From Vicinamibacterales bacterium (GTDB lineage: Bacteria; Acidobacteriota; Vicinamibacteria; Vicinamibacterales; SCN-69-37), in assembly GCA_035547155.1 (NCBI GenBank), contig DASZVJ010000133.1, positions 135 to 64,134 of the forward strand: DNA of 64,000 nt. Direction: 5' to 3'. Below are positions 25,977 through 34,286 of the stretch, piece by piece. The notes under the pieces were generated by a model. It saw only the letters and a program-made list of their open reading frames with translations, had not been told where the DNA came from and ran no database searches. A program made the translations under genes and the position numbers. Every line of letters begins with the position of its first letter. Position 1 is the stretch's first letter.

Positions 25977-27002
25977 CTACGAGGGTATCGCATCGGCGAC
26001 GGGATCGACGTAGCGGCCGGCGTAGGCGTCGTAGAACGCCAGCGTCCGCGTCAATCCCGTGCGGAGATCGACGGTCGGCGTCCAGCCCGTCGCGCCGGTG
26101 AACTTCGTCGAGTCGGAATAGAACGAGCCGATGTCGATGCGCCGTTTTTCGTCCGGCCAGTGGACGAACCGCATCGAGCCGCGGCGTGCGACGTCGATCA
26201 GCAGCGCGACGAGATCGCGGTGCGCGATCGGCTCGTGGCCGCCGACGTTGAACACGCCGCCGTTGCACTCCTCGCAGTAGCCCGCCCGCAGAAACGCGTC
26301 GGACACGTCGTCGACGAAGACGAAATCGCGGACCTGCGATCCGTCGCCGTAAATTTGGATCTCGCGATTCTCGAGCGCGAGCCGGATGAACCAGCCGATG
26401 AAGCCCTGGCGGTTGTGCCGGATGAGCTGCCTCGGGCCGTAGACGTTGGTCAGACGCAGCGAGCAGGCGCGCACGCCGAACACGTTGTTGTAGACGAGGT
26501 GATACTGCTCGCCCGCGGCCTTGTTGATGCCGTTGATGTCGGTCGGCCGCACGAGATGCGACTCGTCGACGGGCAGCCGATCGGGCCGGCCGTAGATCTG
26601 CCGCGTGCCCGCGTAGACGACTTTCGTCTCGGGATTGTGCTGCCGGCAGGCCTCGAGCAGCGTGAGCTGCGATCGACAGTTGATCTCGAGATCCGTGTGC
26701 GGGTCGCGCATGCTGTCGATATGACTGACCTGGCCCGCGAGGTTGAAGATCACCTCGCGTCCCCGCACCAGGTAGTTCATCGTCGTGCCCTGCCGGATGT
26801 CCGCGATGTTGACGCGGAGCCGCGCCTCGTAGCCGTCGAGATTGAACAGGTTGCCGCCGTAATCCGGCAGCAGCGAGTCGACGATGAGCACGTCGGCGCC
26901 GAGATCGACGAGACGCCGCGCGAGGTTCGAGCCGATGAAGCCGGCGCCGCCGGTGATGAGCACGCGGCGGTGGCGATAGAAGTCGAGATAGTCAGCGGTC
27001 AT
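25977..27002 (-). CDS. NAD-dependent SDR nucleotide-sugar epimerase/dehydratase
   Basis: Start at the ATG at 27002 (MTADYLDFYRHRRVLITGGAGFIGSNL), an 11-nt overlap with the GT4 stop. Extended-SDR layout with a YxxxK-equivalent INGINKAAGE region. Confidence 0.85.
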   Translation of the reverse strand: MTADYLDFYRHRRVLITGGAGFIGSNLARRLVDLGADVLIVDSLLPDYGGNLFNLDGYEARLRVNIADIRQGTTMNYLVRGREVIFNLAGQVSHIDSMRDPHTDLEINCRSQLTLLEACRQHNPETKVVYAGTRQIYGRPDRLPVDESHLVRPTDINGINKAAGEQYHLVYNNVFGVRACSLRLTNVYGPRQLIRHNRQGFIGWFIRLALENREIQIYGDGSQVRDFVFVDDVSDAFLRAGYCEECNGGVFNVGGHEPIAHRDLVALLIDVARRGSMRFVHWPDEKRRIDIGSFYSDSTKFTGATGWTPTVDLRTGLTRTLAFYDAYAGRYVDPVADAIPS

Positions 27003-28266
27003 AGGCGATGGCGGCGTCACCATACTCTTCCGCGCCGGGACTCGACAAGGGACGGCCCTGCACGACGGCGTCGTAAATCGTCTCCAGCCGTTCTGCGACA
27101 TGCGGCCAGCCGAAGCGCTGCGTGACGGCCTCGCGCGCGGCGGCGCCGAGACGCCGGCCCAACGATTGATCGCGCAGCAGGCGCGCGATCGCATCGGCGA
27201 GCGCGCCCGCGTCGCGTTCCGGCACCAGCAGACCCGTCACGCCGTCCTCGATCGCCTGCGGCAGGCCGCCGACGCGGCTGGCGACGACCGGCGTGCCCGT
27301 CGCCAGCGCTTCGAGCGCGACGTTCGGCAGGCCGTCGACGTTGCCGGCCTCGTCGTGCACCGACGGGACCGCGACGACGTCGGCGGCGGCGGCGAGCCGG
27401 CCGATCTCGTCCTGCGCCTGATTGCCGAGGAGCACGCGCGTGCCGAGCGGCGCGGCGCGACGCTCGAGATCGGCGCGCAGATCGCCGTCGCCCGCAATGA
27501 CCAGGCGCAGCTGTGGCAGCGTCGCGCGTAGCGCCAGCGCCGCATCAATCAGGATCTCGAAGCCCTTCTTGCTGACGAGACGGCCCGCCGCGAAGATCAC
27601 CGGGGCGTCGCCGAGATCGAAGCGGCGGCGGACGTCGGCGCGCGTGGCCGGACTTGGGGCAAAGCGCGCGACGTCGACGCCGTACGGGAGCGTCTCGATC
27701 CGATTGGCCGGCGCGCCGAGCGCGACCGCGCGCCGGTGCAGGTCGTCACTGCAGGCCGTGATCCACTCGGCGCGTTTGAAGACGTGACGAGCCGCGCGTC
27801 CGACGAGCGCGCGCCGTTCGGCCATGAAGACGTCCGAGCCGTGCAGGCTGACCACGAGCGGCCGCCCGCCCGCCGCCACCGATCCAATCGCGCCGCCAGG
27901 CACGGCCCAATGCGCGTGCACGACGGTCGCGCGGCGCTTCTGCGCCACGCGCATCGCTTTGAACGTGCCGGTCGCCAGCGCCGACGGTGTCGCGAGCCAC
28001 GCCCCGAGCTTGAGCTGCGTGTCGGCGTGCAGGCTCGAGGCATAGCCGAAGACGTTCATCGACGGCGTCAACGCATAACGGAAAAAATGGAAGAAGACAC
28101 CATCCTCCTCGCGTCCACGCGTGAGGGCGGGATGCCATGGCGCGACGAGATGGACTTCGTGTCCGCGCGCGGCGACGCCTTTGGCAATGGGCTCGATGAA
28201 GCTACCGACGCCGTCGCCCGGAAACCGCGGGTACGAGGTCGTGATCATGACAACGACGTGGCGCAT
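26992..28266 (-). CDS. GT4 (GT-B, retaining) glycosyltransferase
   Basis: 424 aa. MRHVVVMITTSYPRFPGDGVGSF… and the EX7E region PNVALEALATGTPVVASRVGGLPQAIEDGVTGLLV. Confidence 0.9.
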   Translation of the reverse strand: MRHVVVMITTSYPRFPGDGVGSFIEPIAKGVAARGHEVHLVAPWHPALTRGREEDGVFFHFFRYALTPSMNVFGYASSLHADTQLKLGAWLATPSALATGTFKAMRVAQKRRATVVHAHWAVPGGAIGSVAAGGRPLVVSLHGSDVFMAERRALVGRAARHVFKRAEWITACSDDLHRRAVALGAPANRIETLPYGVDVARFAPSPATRADVRRRFDLGDAPVIFAAGRLVSKKGFEILIDAALALRATLPQLRLVIAGDGDLRADLERRAAPLGTRVLLGNQAQDEIGRLAAAADVVAVPSVHDEAGNVDGLPNVALEALATGTPVVASRVGGLPQAIEDGVTGLLVPERDAGALADAIARLLRDQSLGRRLGAAAREAVTQRFGWPHVAERLETIYDAVVQGRPLSSPGAEEYGDAAIAYDR

Positions 28267-28269
28267 GAG

Positions 28270-29520
28270 TCAGGTGCGTGAGCGGCGCGTGCGATGCGCG
28301 AGCGCCGCGAGGCCGGCGCCGCCGAGCACGACGAGCGCCGGATCGATGATCGGAATGCGAAAGCGTTCCTGCGAAAAGAATACAAGACACGTGAGCACGG
28401 CCGATGCGGCGAGCATCCACACGCCCGGCGTGCGGCCGAGCTGGCGGCCAAGGGTCGTCGCGCCCACGATCGCAAGCACGAGCACGACACCATAGGACGC
28501 GACCGACGCGACGAAATATCGTGACGAGTGCAGCGTGTACGACGGGCCGATCGGCACGACGAGATAGAAGACCTTGCGGGCTTCGAGCCCGAGCCACGCG
28601 AGCGGATGCGCGGCCATCCACGCAAACGCCTCGCGATAGTAGATCGGCTCCATCGCTTCTTCCGTCAGTCCTGGATGTTCCGCGCGCAACCGGATGTTGT
28701 CCTGCTTGATGGCGACGTTCGCCGCCATGTCGCCGTCGCCCGTCGCCAGCGGATGATTGCCGGTCCAGAACGTCACGCCGCCATCAGACGCGACGATCAT
28801 CAGGCGGCCGTGATGGACGTAGTTGCGGATGGTCCATGGACCGACGATGAGCGCGACGCCGAGCGCGAGCCCCGTCAACGTCACGAAGCGCCGGCGGAGC
28901 AGGAGATAGACGCCGGCAATCGGCAGGAACAGCAGCAGGCCGGGCCGGATGAGCAGTCCCGCCCCGACGGCGAGGCCGCACACGATCGCGCCGGAGACGC
29001 GCGCCGGTGGCGTCAGCGCGCGATCGAACAGCCACGCCACCAGCAGTCCGACGGGCCAGAAGAGCGCTTCGCTCCACGCGTATCCCGCGATCCAGACGAG
29101 CGGCGGATAGATCGCGGCGAGCGCGGCAGCCGCTCGTGCCGCGCGTGCGCCGGCCAGGCGATGGGCGATCACGCCAACGAGCCACACGCCAAGCGCGCCG
29201 ACACACGCCTGCGCGATCTTCAGCGCGGCCGGTACGCTCGTCGTCACGGTTCGGCCTGCGCCGACGAGCGCGATGAACGCGGGATAGCCAGGCGCGCGGC
29301 CGAACGGGACGAACGATCCCGCGCGGAGCAGCTCGTCGTAGACGAACCCATGTCCTGCGGCGAGGCTGCGCGCGAGCGACAAGTACTCGAGCTCGTCACG
29401 CGTCAGGGGTTGATGCGTCCAGTAGAGCAGCCCGAAGGCGAGGCGTGCGACGAGCGCGGCCAGCGTCGCGGCCGTCAGCCATGCCACGGGCAGGCGATCT
29501 CGCGTGCTAGCGGCGTCCAT
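28270..29520 (-). CDS. ArnT-like GT-C fold membrane glycosyltransferase (short form)
   Basis: 416 aa. TM1, then LTRDELEYLSLARSLAAGHGF (Asp-Glu loop motif typical of the ArnT/GT83/GT39 family). About 10 TM helices. Confidence 0.8.
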   Translation of the reverse strand: MDAASTRDRLPVAWLTAATLAALVARLAFGLLYWTHQPLTRDELEYLSLARSLAAGHGFVYDELLRAGSFVPFGRAPGYPAFIALVGAGRTVTTSVPAALKIAQACVGALGVWLVGVIAHRLAGARAARAAAALAAIYPPLVWIAGYAWSEALFWPVGLLVAWLFDRALTPPARVSGAIVCGLAVGAGLLIRPGLLLFLPIAGVYLLLRRRFVTLTGLALGVALIVGPWTIRNYVHHGRLMIVASDGGVTFWTGNHPLATGDGDMAANVAIKQDNIRLRAEHPGLTEEAMEPIYYREAFAWMAAHPLAWLGLEARKVFYLVVPIGPSYTLHSSRYFVASVASYGVVLVLAIVGATTLGRQLGRTPGVWMLAASAVLTCLVFFSQERFRIPIIDPALVVLGGAGLAALAHRTRRSRT

Positions 29521-30367
29521 CGGCGCGCAACGCCGCGACTTGTTCGGACACGAGGCCGACGAGCAGGATCAGCACGGCGATCACGATCAGCAGGACCGAC
29601 GTGTTGGTGACGTGCAACTGCGTGGCGATGGTCCAGACCGCGTAGGCGGCGCCCGCCAGGAAGCAGACGCCGGCGATCGGCAGGAACACGCGCAGCGGAC
29701 TGAAGATCGTCATCACGCGCATGATGATCAGCAGAAACTTCGGGCCGTCGCTGGCGAGGCGAATCTTCGATTGTCCGACGCGCGTCCGCGCTTCGACCGG
29801 CTCGAACGTGACGTTGTAGCCCGCGCGCAGGAACGACAGCGTCGTCGTCGTGGGCGTCGAGAAGCCGTTGGGCAGCAGCGTGATGAACTCGCGGAGTACG
29901 TCACGGCGCGCCGCGCGGAATCCCGACGTGAGATCGGGAATCGGGAAGTCCGCCAGATAGGACGCGAGCCAGTTGAGCACCGCATTGCCGAGCCGCCGCC
30001 GCACGCCCGCCTGCGTTGCGCTCGATCGCGCGCCGACGACGAGATCGTAGTCGCCGAGGCGCGAGACGAGACGGAGCGCGTCGGACGGCTTGTGCTGGCC
30101 GTCGCCGTCGATGATCAGCAGATAGTCGCCCGCGGCCTCCCGGATGCCGGTCTTCACGGCCGCGCCATTGCCCTTGTTGTACGGATGGCGGATGACGCGT
30201 GCGCCGGCGCCCGCGGCTTCCGCCGCCGTCGCGTCCGTGGATCCATCGTCGATGACGAGGATCTCGCGCCACGCCGCCGCCGCGGCGAGCTCGCGCACGA
30301 CGCCCGCGATCGCGCCCGCTTCGTTCATGGCGGGGATGACGACAGAAACCGTCGACGGATCAGCCAT
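29507..30367 (-). CDS. GT2 polyprenyl-phosphate glycosyltransferase-like enzyme (ArnC/GtrB type with C-terminal TM helices)
   Basis: 286 aa. VSVVIPAMNE…[10 protein letters not shown]…IIDGDGQH…, plus two C-terminal hydrophobic helices (FLLIIMRVMTIFSPLRVFLPIAGVCFLAGAAYAVW…VLLIVIAVLILLVGLV). Confidence 0.85.
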   Translation of the reverse strand: MADPSTVSVVIPAMNEAGAIAGVVRELAAAAAWREILVIDDGSTDATAAEAAGAGARVIRHPYNKGNGAAVKTGIREAAGDYLLIIDGDGQHKPSDALRLVSRLGDYDLVVGARSSATQAGVRRRLGNAVLNWLASYLADFPIPDLTSGFRAARRDVLREFITLLPNGFSTPTTTTLSFLRAGYNVTFEPVEARTRVGQSKIRLASDGPKFLLIIMRVMTIFSPLRVFLPIAGVCFLAGAAYAVWTIATQLHVTNTSVLLIVIAVLILLVGLVSEQVAALRADGRR

Positions 30368-30370
30368 CGT

Positions 30371-31348
30371 TCAGCGCTCCACGTCCGCGTCGTCATCGCG
30401 CGATGGCGACGCGGCTTCCATGCGCCGGACGCGGTAGAGCAGGTCTTCGAGCAGCTTGCGCGTGCCGGAGATCACGTCCGCAACCAATCCGATGAGCACG
30501 ACCTGGAAGCCGACGATCATCAGGACCGCCGACAGGATCAACGACTGGATCTTGCCTTCGGCGCCATGCGCGAAGAGGTAGTAGTAGAGGAAGCGCAGCG
30601 AAATCGCGAAGCCCGCGAGGAACACGGCCGAGCCGATGTACGAGAAGACCTTCAGCGGCTCGTACATCGTGTAGATGCGCACGATCGTCGCGCCGGACTG
30701 CTTCAGATACGCCCAGATGCTGTGGAACAGCCGCGACGGCCGCGTGTGCGCGTTGGTCGCCACCTCGACGTGCGCGATCGCCATGCGCTTCTTGCCGGCC
30801 TGGATGATCGACTCGAGCGTATAGGAGAAGTCCGACACGACTGTCATGCGCAGCGCGGCCTCGCGCGTGTAAGCGCGGAAGCCGCTCGTCGTGTCCGGCA
30901 CTTCGGTGCTCGACACCTGGCGCACGACCCAGCTGCCGAGGCGCTGCAGCAGCTTCTTCGGCCAGGACATGTGGCGAATCTCGCGGATGTTGCGATCCCC
31001 GATCACGATGTCGGCCCGTCCGGAGAGCAGCGGCGCGACGAGCTTGGCGATGTCCGCTCCGGCGTACTGGTTGTCCGCATCCGTGTTGACGATCAGATCG
31101 GCACCGGCGCGCACGCTGGCGTCGATGCCGGCCATGAACGCGACGGCCAGCCCTTTGCGCCGGCGGAAGCGCAGCACGTGATGGACGCCGTGTGCGCGGG
31201 CCACCGCCGCCGTGTCGTCCGTCGAGCCGTCGTCGATGACGAGGAGCTCGATCGCGTCGACGCCCGGCACCGACGTGGGCAGGTCCGCGAGCGTCGCGGG
31301 CAGCGTTTGCGCCTCGTTGAGGCACGGGATCTGGATGATGAGCTTCAC
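30371..31348 (-). CDS. GT2 polyprenyl-phosphate glycosyltransferase-like enzyme (second ArnC/GtrB type, C-terminal TM helices)
   Basis: Preferred start is the GTG at 31348 ([14 protein letters not shown]…), giving a GTGA overlap with the upstream stop. The track start at 31384 is also possible. Motifs [11 protein letters not shown] and NTDADNQY, plus C-terminal TM helices. Confidence 0.85.
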   Translation of the reverse strand: MKLIIQIPCLNEAQTLPATLADLPTSVPGVDAIELLVIDDGSTDDTAAVARAHGVHHVLRFRRRKGLAVAFMAGIDASVRAGADLIVNTDADNQYAGADIAKLVAPLLSGRADIVIGDRNIREIRHMSWPKKLLQRLGSWVVRQVSSTEVPDTTSGFRAYTREAALRMTVVSDFSYTLESIIQAGKKRMAIAHVEVATNAHTRPSRLFHSIWAYLKQSGATIVRIYTMYEPLKVFSYIGSAVFLAGFAISLRFLYYYLFAHGAEGKIQSLILSAVLMIVGFQVVLIGLVADVISGTRKLLEDLLYRVRRMEAASPSRDDDADVER

Positions 31349-32391
31349 AAGCCTTCGACCAGCCGATCGATCGTCTCGTGCCACGTGATGGGCCGCGCGC
31401 GATCGTAGCCCGCTTCGCCCAGCGCTTTCGCCCGCGCGCGATCGGCGGCGAGTGCCGCGATCGCCTCACCAATCGCGGCTGGATCCGGCGCGGTCACGCG
31501 GCCGTTGACACCGTCGACGACGAACAGCGCCGGCTCGCCGGCGTCCGACGTCGTGATCACCGGCTTCTTCGACAGGAACGCCTCGAGCGTGACATAGCCG
31601 AAGTCCTCGTCGAACGGCGGGTACACGACCGCCAGCGCGTTCGCGTACAACTCGATCAGCATGTCGTCGTCGATCTCGCCGAGAAAGCGCACGCGCGAGG
31701 CCACGCCTTCGTCGGCGGCGATCCGCTCGAACGCCGCGCGCTGCGTGCCGGTGCCCGCGACGACGAGCGAGACGGCGTCCGGGACGTGCGCGAGCGCGCG
31801 AATCGCGAGGTCGACACGCTTCACCGCCTCGAGCCGGCCGATCGACAGCACGTAATCGCCGTACGGCCCGGCGTGCAGGCGATCGGCCAGTCGCGGGGGA
31901 TGATACAGCGTTTCGGCCGGCAGTCCGTTGTAGCGCGACAGCCGATCCGTCACCGTCTGCGCGATCGTGAAAATCCGCCGCGATTCCGCGAGCATCCGCG
32001 TGTCGAGATCGATCAGGCGCTCGCGCACCGCGACGTCGCGCTCGACGTGATCGAACTCGCTGTACGGCGTTCCCGCCAGCTCGTACGCCGCGCGGTACTG
32101 ATGCACGAGCCACGTGACCTTGCTCGGATGGCGCACGCAGTACGTCGGAAATTTCGTGGCGATCACGCGATCGATCGGCCGGCCCGTGCTCTCGCTGAGA
32201 TCGAGGAGACGCCACGCGGCCGCATGCGTGAACAATTCTTCGGCGGGATACCACTTGAATGGCACGCTGACGAGATCCGTGTCGTAGCCACGCACCCGCA
32301 ATTGCGCCACGAGCTCACGCACGAGCGATTCGGCGCCGCCCCGCACGAACGGCACCTGCGCTTCGCAGACAACAACGCGCGATGGGCTCAT
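31345..32391 (-). CDS. GT4 (GT-B) glycosyltransferase, first gene of the long minus-strand array
   Basis: 348 aa. [16 protein letters not shown]… and the C-terminal E-x7-E-like region [34 protein letters not shown]. Confidence 0.85.
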   Translation of the reverse strand: MSPSRVVVCEAQVPFVRGGAESLVRELVAQLRVRGYDTDLVSVPFKWYPAEELFTHAAAWRLLDLSESTGRPIDRVIATKFPTYCVRHPSKVTWLVHQYRAAYELAGTPYSEFDHVERDVAVRERLIDLDTRMLAESRRIFTIAQTVTDRLSRYNGLPAETLYHPPRLADRLHAGPYGDYVLSIGRLEAVKRVDLAIRALAHVPDAVSLVVAGTGTQRAAFERIAADEGVASRVRFLGEIDDDMLIELYANALAVVYPPFDEDFGYVTLEAFLSKKPVITTSDAGEPALFVVDGVNGRVTAPDPAAIGEAIAALAADRARAKALGEAGYDRARPITWHETIDRLVEGL

Positions 32392-32431
32392 GTCGAGCCG
32401 TGCATGGTACCACGCACATCCTAATTCGCTT

Positions 32432-32453
32432 GATTTTCGTCGGACGAAAAATC
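32432..32453. promoter_or_regulatory. AT-rich near-perfect palindrome GATTTTCGTC-G-GACGAAAAATC in the divergent control region
   Basis: Read directly. It lies in the only markedly AT-rich stretch (about 32415-32500), between the glycan array and mraZ. Confidence 0.35.
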
Positions 32454-32497
32454 AGGCGAAATAAAAACGTAACCTCAATTCCTTCACCAGTTTGCCG

Positions 32498-32526
32498 TTG
32501 ACAGTGCGGGAGGGTACCTCTACCAT
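32498..32526 (+). promoter_or_regulatory. Candidate sigma-70 promoter of the dcw cluster (TTGACA-17 nt-TACCAT)
   Basis: TTGACA at 32498-32503, a 17-nt spacer, then TACCAT at 32521-32526. About 35 nt upstream of the preferred mraZ start. Confidence 0.4.
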
Positions 32527-32561
32527 CGCCGTGGAGTTTGTTGGACCAGAGTGGAGTGAAC

Positions 32562-33002
32562 GTGCTTCGCGGCAGCTACCCCGCCAAGATCGACGACAAA
32601 GGGCGGCTCAAGCTCCCGAGCGCCTTCAAGGCGTTCGTGGAAGAGCAGCACGGCGCGAAGCTGTACGTCACCAGCGTCACGGGCGACTCCGTTCTCATCT
32701 ATCCGATGCCGGTCTGGGAAGAGGTCGAGCAGCGCCTGGAGCGCATGCCCTCGTCGCATCCGGCACGAAAAAAGTTTAGCAAACGGGCCAGCTACTTTGG
32801 GCAGCCCCTCGAGTTCGACGCGCAGGGTCGTGTGTCGATCTCCCCGCGTTTGCGCGAGACGGCGGGTATCACGGGGGATGTCGACGTGCTCGGCCAGGGG
32901 AATTTTCTCGAAGTGTGGAATCACGACCGCTTCCTCTCGACGCTCCAGCGCGAGCCGTTCACGGATGACGATGCCCGGGCGCTCGCTGAGTTCGGCATCT
33001 GA
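32562..33002 (+). CDS. mraZ: Transcriptional regulator MraZ
   Basis: VLRGSYPAKIDDKGRLKLPSAF…DAQGRVSISPRL contains two DxxGR(L/V) SpoVT/AbrB-type half-domains. GTG at 32562 is preceded by GGAG at 32553-32556. The track ORF starts at the TTG at 32538. Confidence 0.9.
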   Translation: MLRGSYPAKIDDKGRLKLPSAFKAFVEEQHGAKLYVTSVTGDSVLIYPMPVWEEVEQRLERMPSSHPARKKFSKRASYFGQPLEFDAQGRVSISPRLRETAGITGDVDVLGQGNFLEVWNHDRFLSTLQREPFTDDDARALAEFGI

Positions 33003-33885
33003 GCCGTCGCACGAGCCGGTGCTCGCGGCGGAAGTGGTCGAGTGGCTCCGGCCGCAGCCGGACGGGGTGTACGTCGACGGCACGCTGGGCCTCGGCGGAC
33101 ACACGCGCGCGCTGATCGACGCGGGCGCGGGACGCGTGATCGGCATCGATCGCGACGCCGACGCGATCGTCGAAGCGCGGCGGCGGCTGGCCGAGGCCGC
33201 CGATCGCGTCACGTTCGTGCACGACGACTATCGGCGCGTGGCCGAGGTGCTGGCGGCCGAAGGGCTGACGGAGGTCCAGGGCATGGTGGTCGACCTTGGC
33301 GTGTCCTCGATGCAGCTGGACGAGCCGGCGCGCGGCTTCAGCTTCCGCCAGGCGGGGCCGCTCGACATGCGGATGGATCGCACGCGTGGGCTGACGCTCG
33401 CCGAGCGGCTCGCGGCCGTGACGGACACCGAGCTGGCCGACGTGATCTGGCAGTACGGCGACGAGCGTCATTCACGGCGGATTGCGCGGGCGATCGTCGC
33501 GGCCCGCGATCGCGGCGCGCTCACCGACACCGGCGCCTTGGCGGCCGTCGTCCGCCGCGCCGCCGGCGGCAGGGGCTGGCAGCGGATCGATCCGGCGACG
33601 CGCACGTTCCAGGCGTTGCGGATGTGGGTGAACGACGAGCCGGGCGGCGTGCAGGGATGGCTGGACGCGGCGCCGCGCTGTCTCGCACGCGGCGGACGGC
33701 TCGCCGTCATCGCGTTTCATTCGATCGAGGACCGCGCCGTCAAGCATCGCTTTCGCGCGCTGGCGGCCGAAGACGACGCCTTTCTGGTCGCAACGCGGCG
33801 TCCGGTGACGCCGGGCGACGAGGAATGCGCCCGCAATCCGCGCGCGCGCAGCGCGCGCCTTCGTGTCCTGGAGAGGGCGGCATGA
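32965..33885 (+). CDS. rsmH: 16S rRNA (cytosine1402-N4)-methyltransferase RsmH
   Basis: HEPVLAAEVVEWL…YVDGTLGLGGHTRAL…GIDRD…DLGVSSMQLD…RGFSF…FHSIEDR. The start (ATG at 32965 or 32971) overlaps the mraZ 3' end. Confidence 0.9.
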   Translation: MTMPGRSLSSASEPSHEPVLAAEVVEWLRPQPDGVYVDGTLGLGGHTRALIDAGAGRVIGIDRDADAIVEARRRLAEAADRVTFVHDDYRRVAEVLAAEGLTEVQGMVVDLGVSSMQLDEPARGFSFRQAGPLDMRMDRTRGLTLAERLAAVTDTELADVIWQYGDERHSRRIARAIVAARDRGALTDTGALAAVVRRAAGGRGWQRIDPATRTFQALRMWVNDEPGGVQGWLDAAPRCLARGGRLAVIAFHSIEDRAVKHRFRALAAEDDAFLVATRRPVTPGDEECARNPRARSARLRVLERAA

Positions 33886-34271
33886 ACAGCATCGATCTCG
33901 AGTACGCCGTCAAGACGGACGTTCGCAACAATCCGATCCAGCGCGAGGCGGACGGCCGGCACGGCCGCGATCTGCGCCGCCTGCTGCTGCTCGCGATGCT
34001 CATCGTCGCGATGCTGCTGTTCTCGGTGCGACAGCGCAGCACGATGGACTTGACGGGATACCGGATCGAACAGCTGCGGATCGACCGCGCGGACGAGCAG
34101 AGCAAGAACCGCCAGCTTCGCTTGAACCTCGAGGCGCTGCGCGCGCCGCAGCAGATCGAGCCGCGCGCCGAAGCGCTCGGGCTGCACCGGCCGTCGCTCG
34201 CCGACACGGTCGTGATCGAGCGGGCGCACGCGGCATCGCCGTCGGGCGCGATCGTCGCGCAGGCGCGCTGA
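33882..34271 (+). CDS. ftsL: Cell division protein FtsL-like (small bitopic coiled-coil protein)
   Basis: ATGA overlap with the rsmH stop. 129 aa with a single TM (LLLLAMLIVAMLLF) followed by a heptad-like region. Lies in the canonical position between rsmH and ftsI. Confidence 0.65.
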   Translation: MNSIDLEYAVKTDVRNNPIQREADGRHGRDLRRLLLLAMLIVAMLLFSVRQRSTMDLTGYRIEQLRIDRADEQSKNRQLRLNLEALRAPQQIEPRAEALGLHRPSLADTVVIERAHAASPSGAIVAQAR

Positions 34272-34286
34272 AGACGCGGAGGCGCC

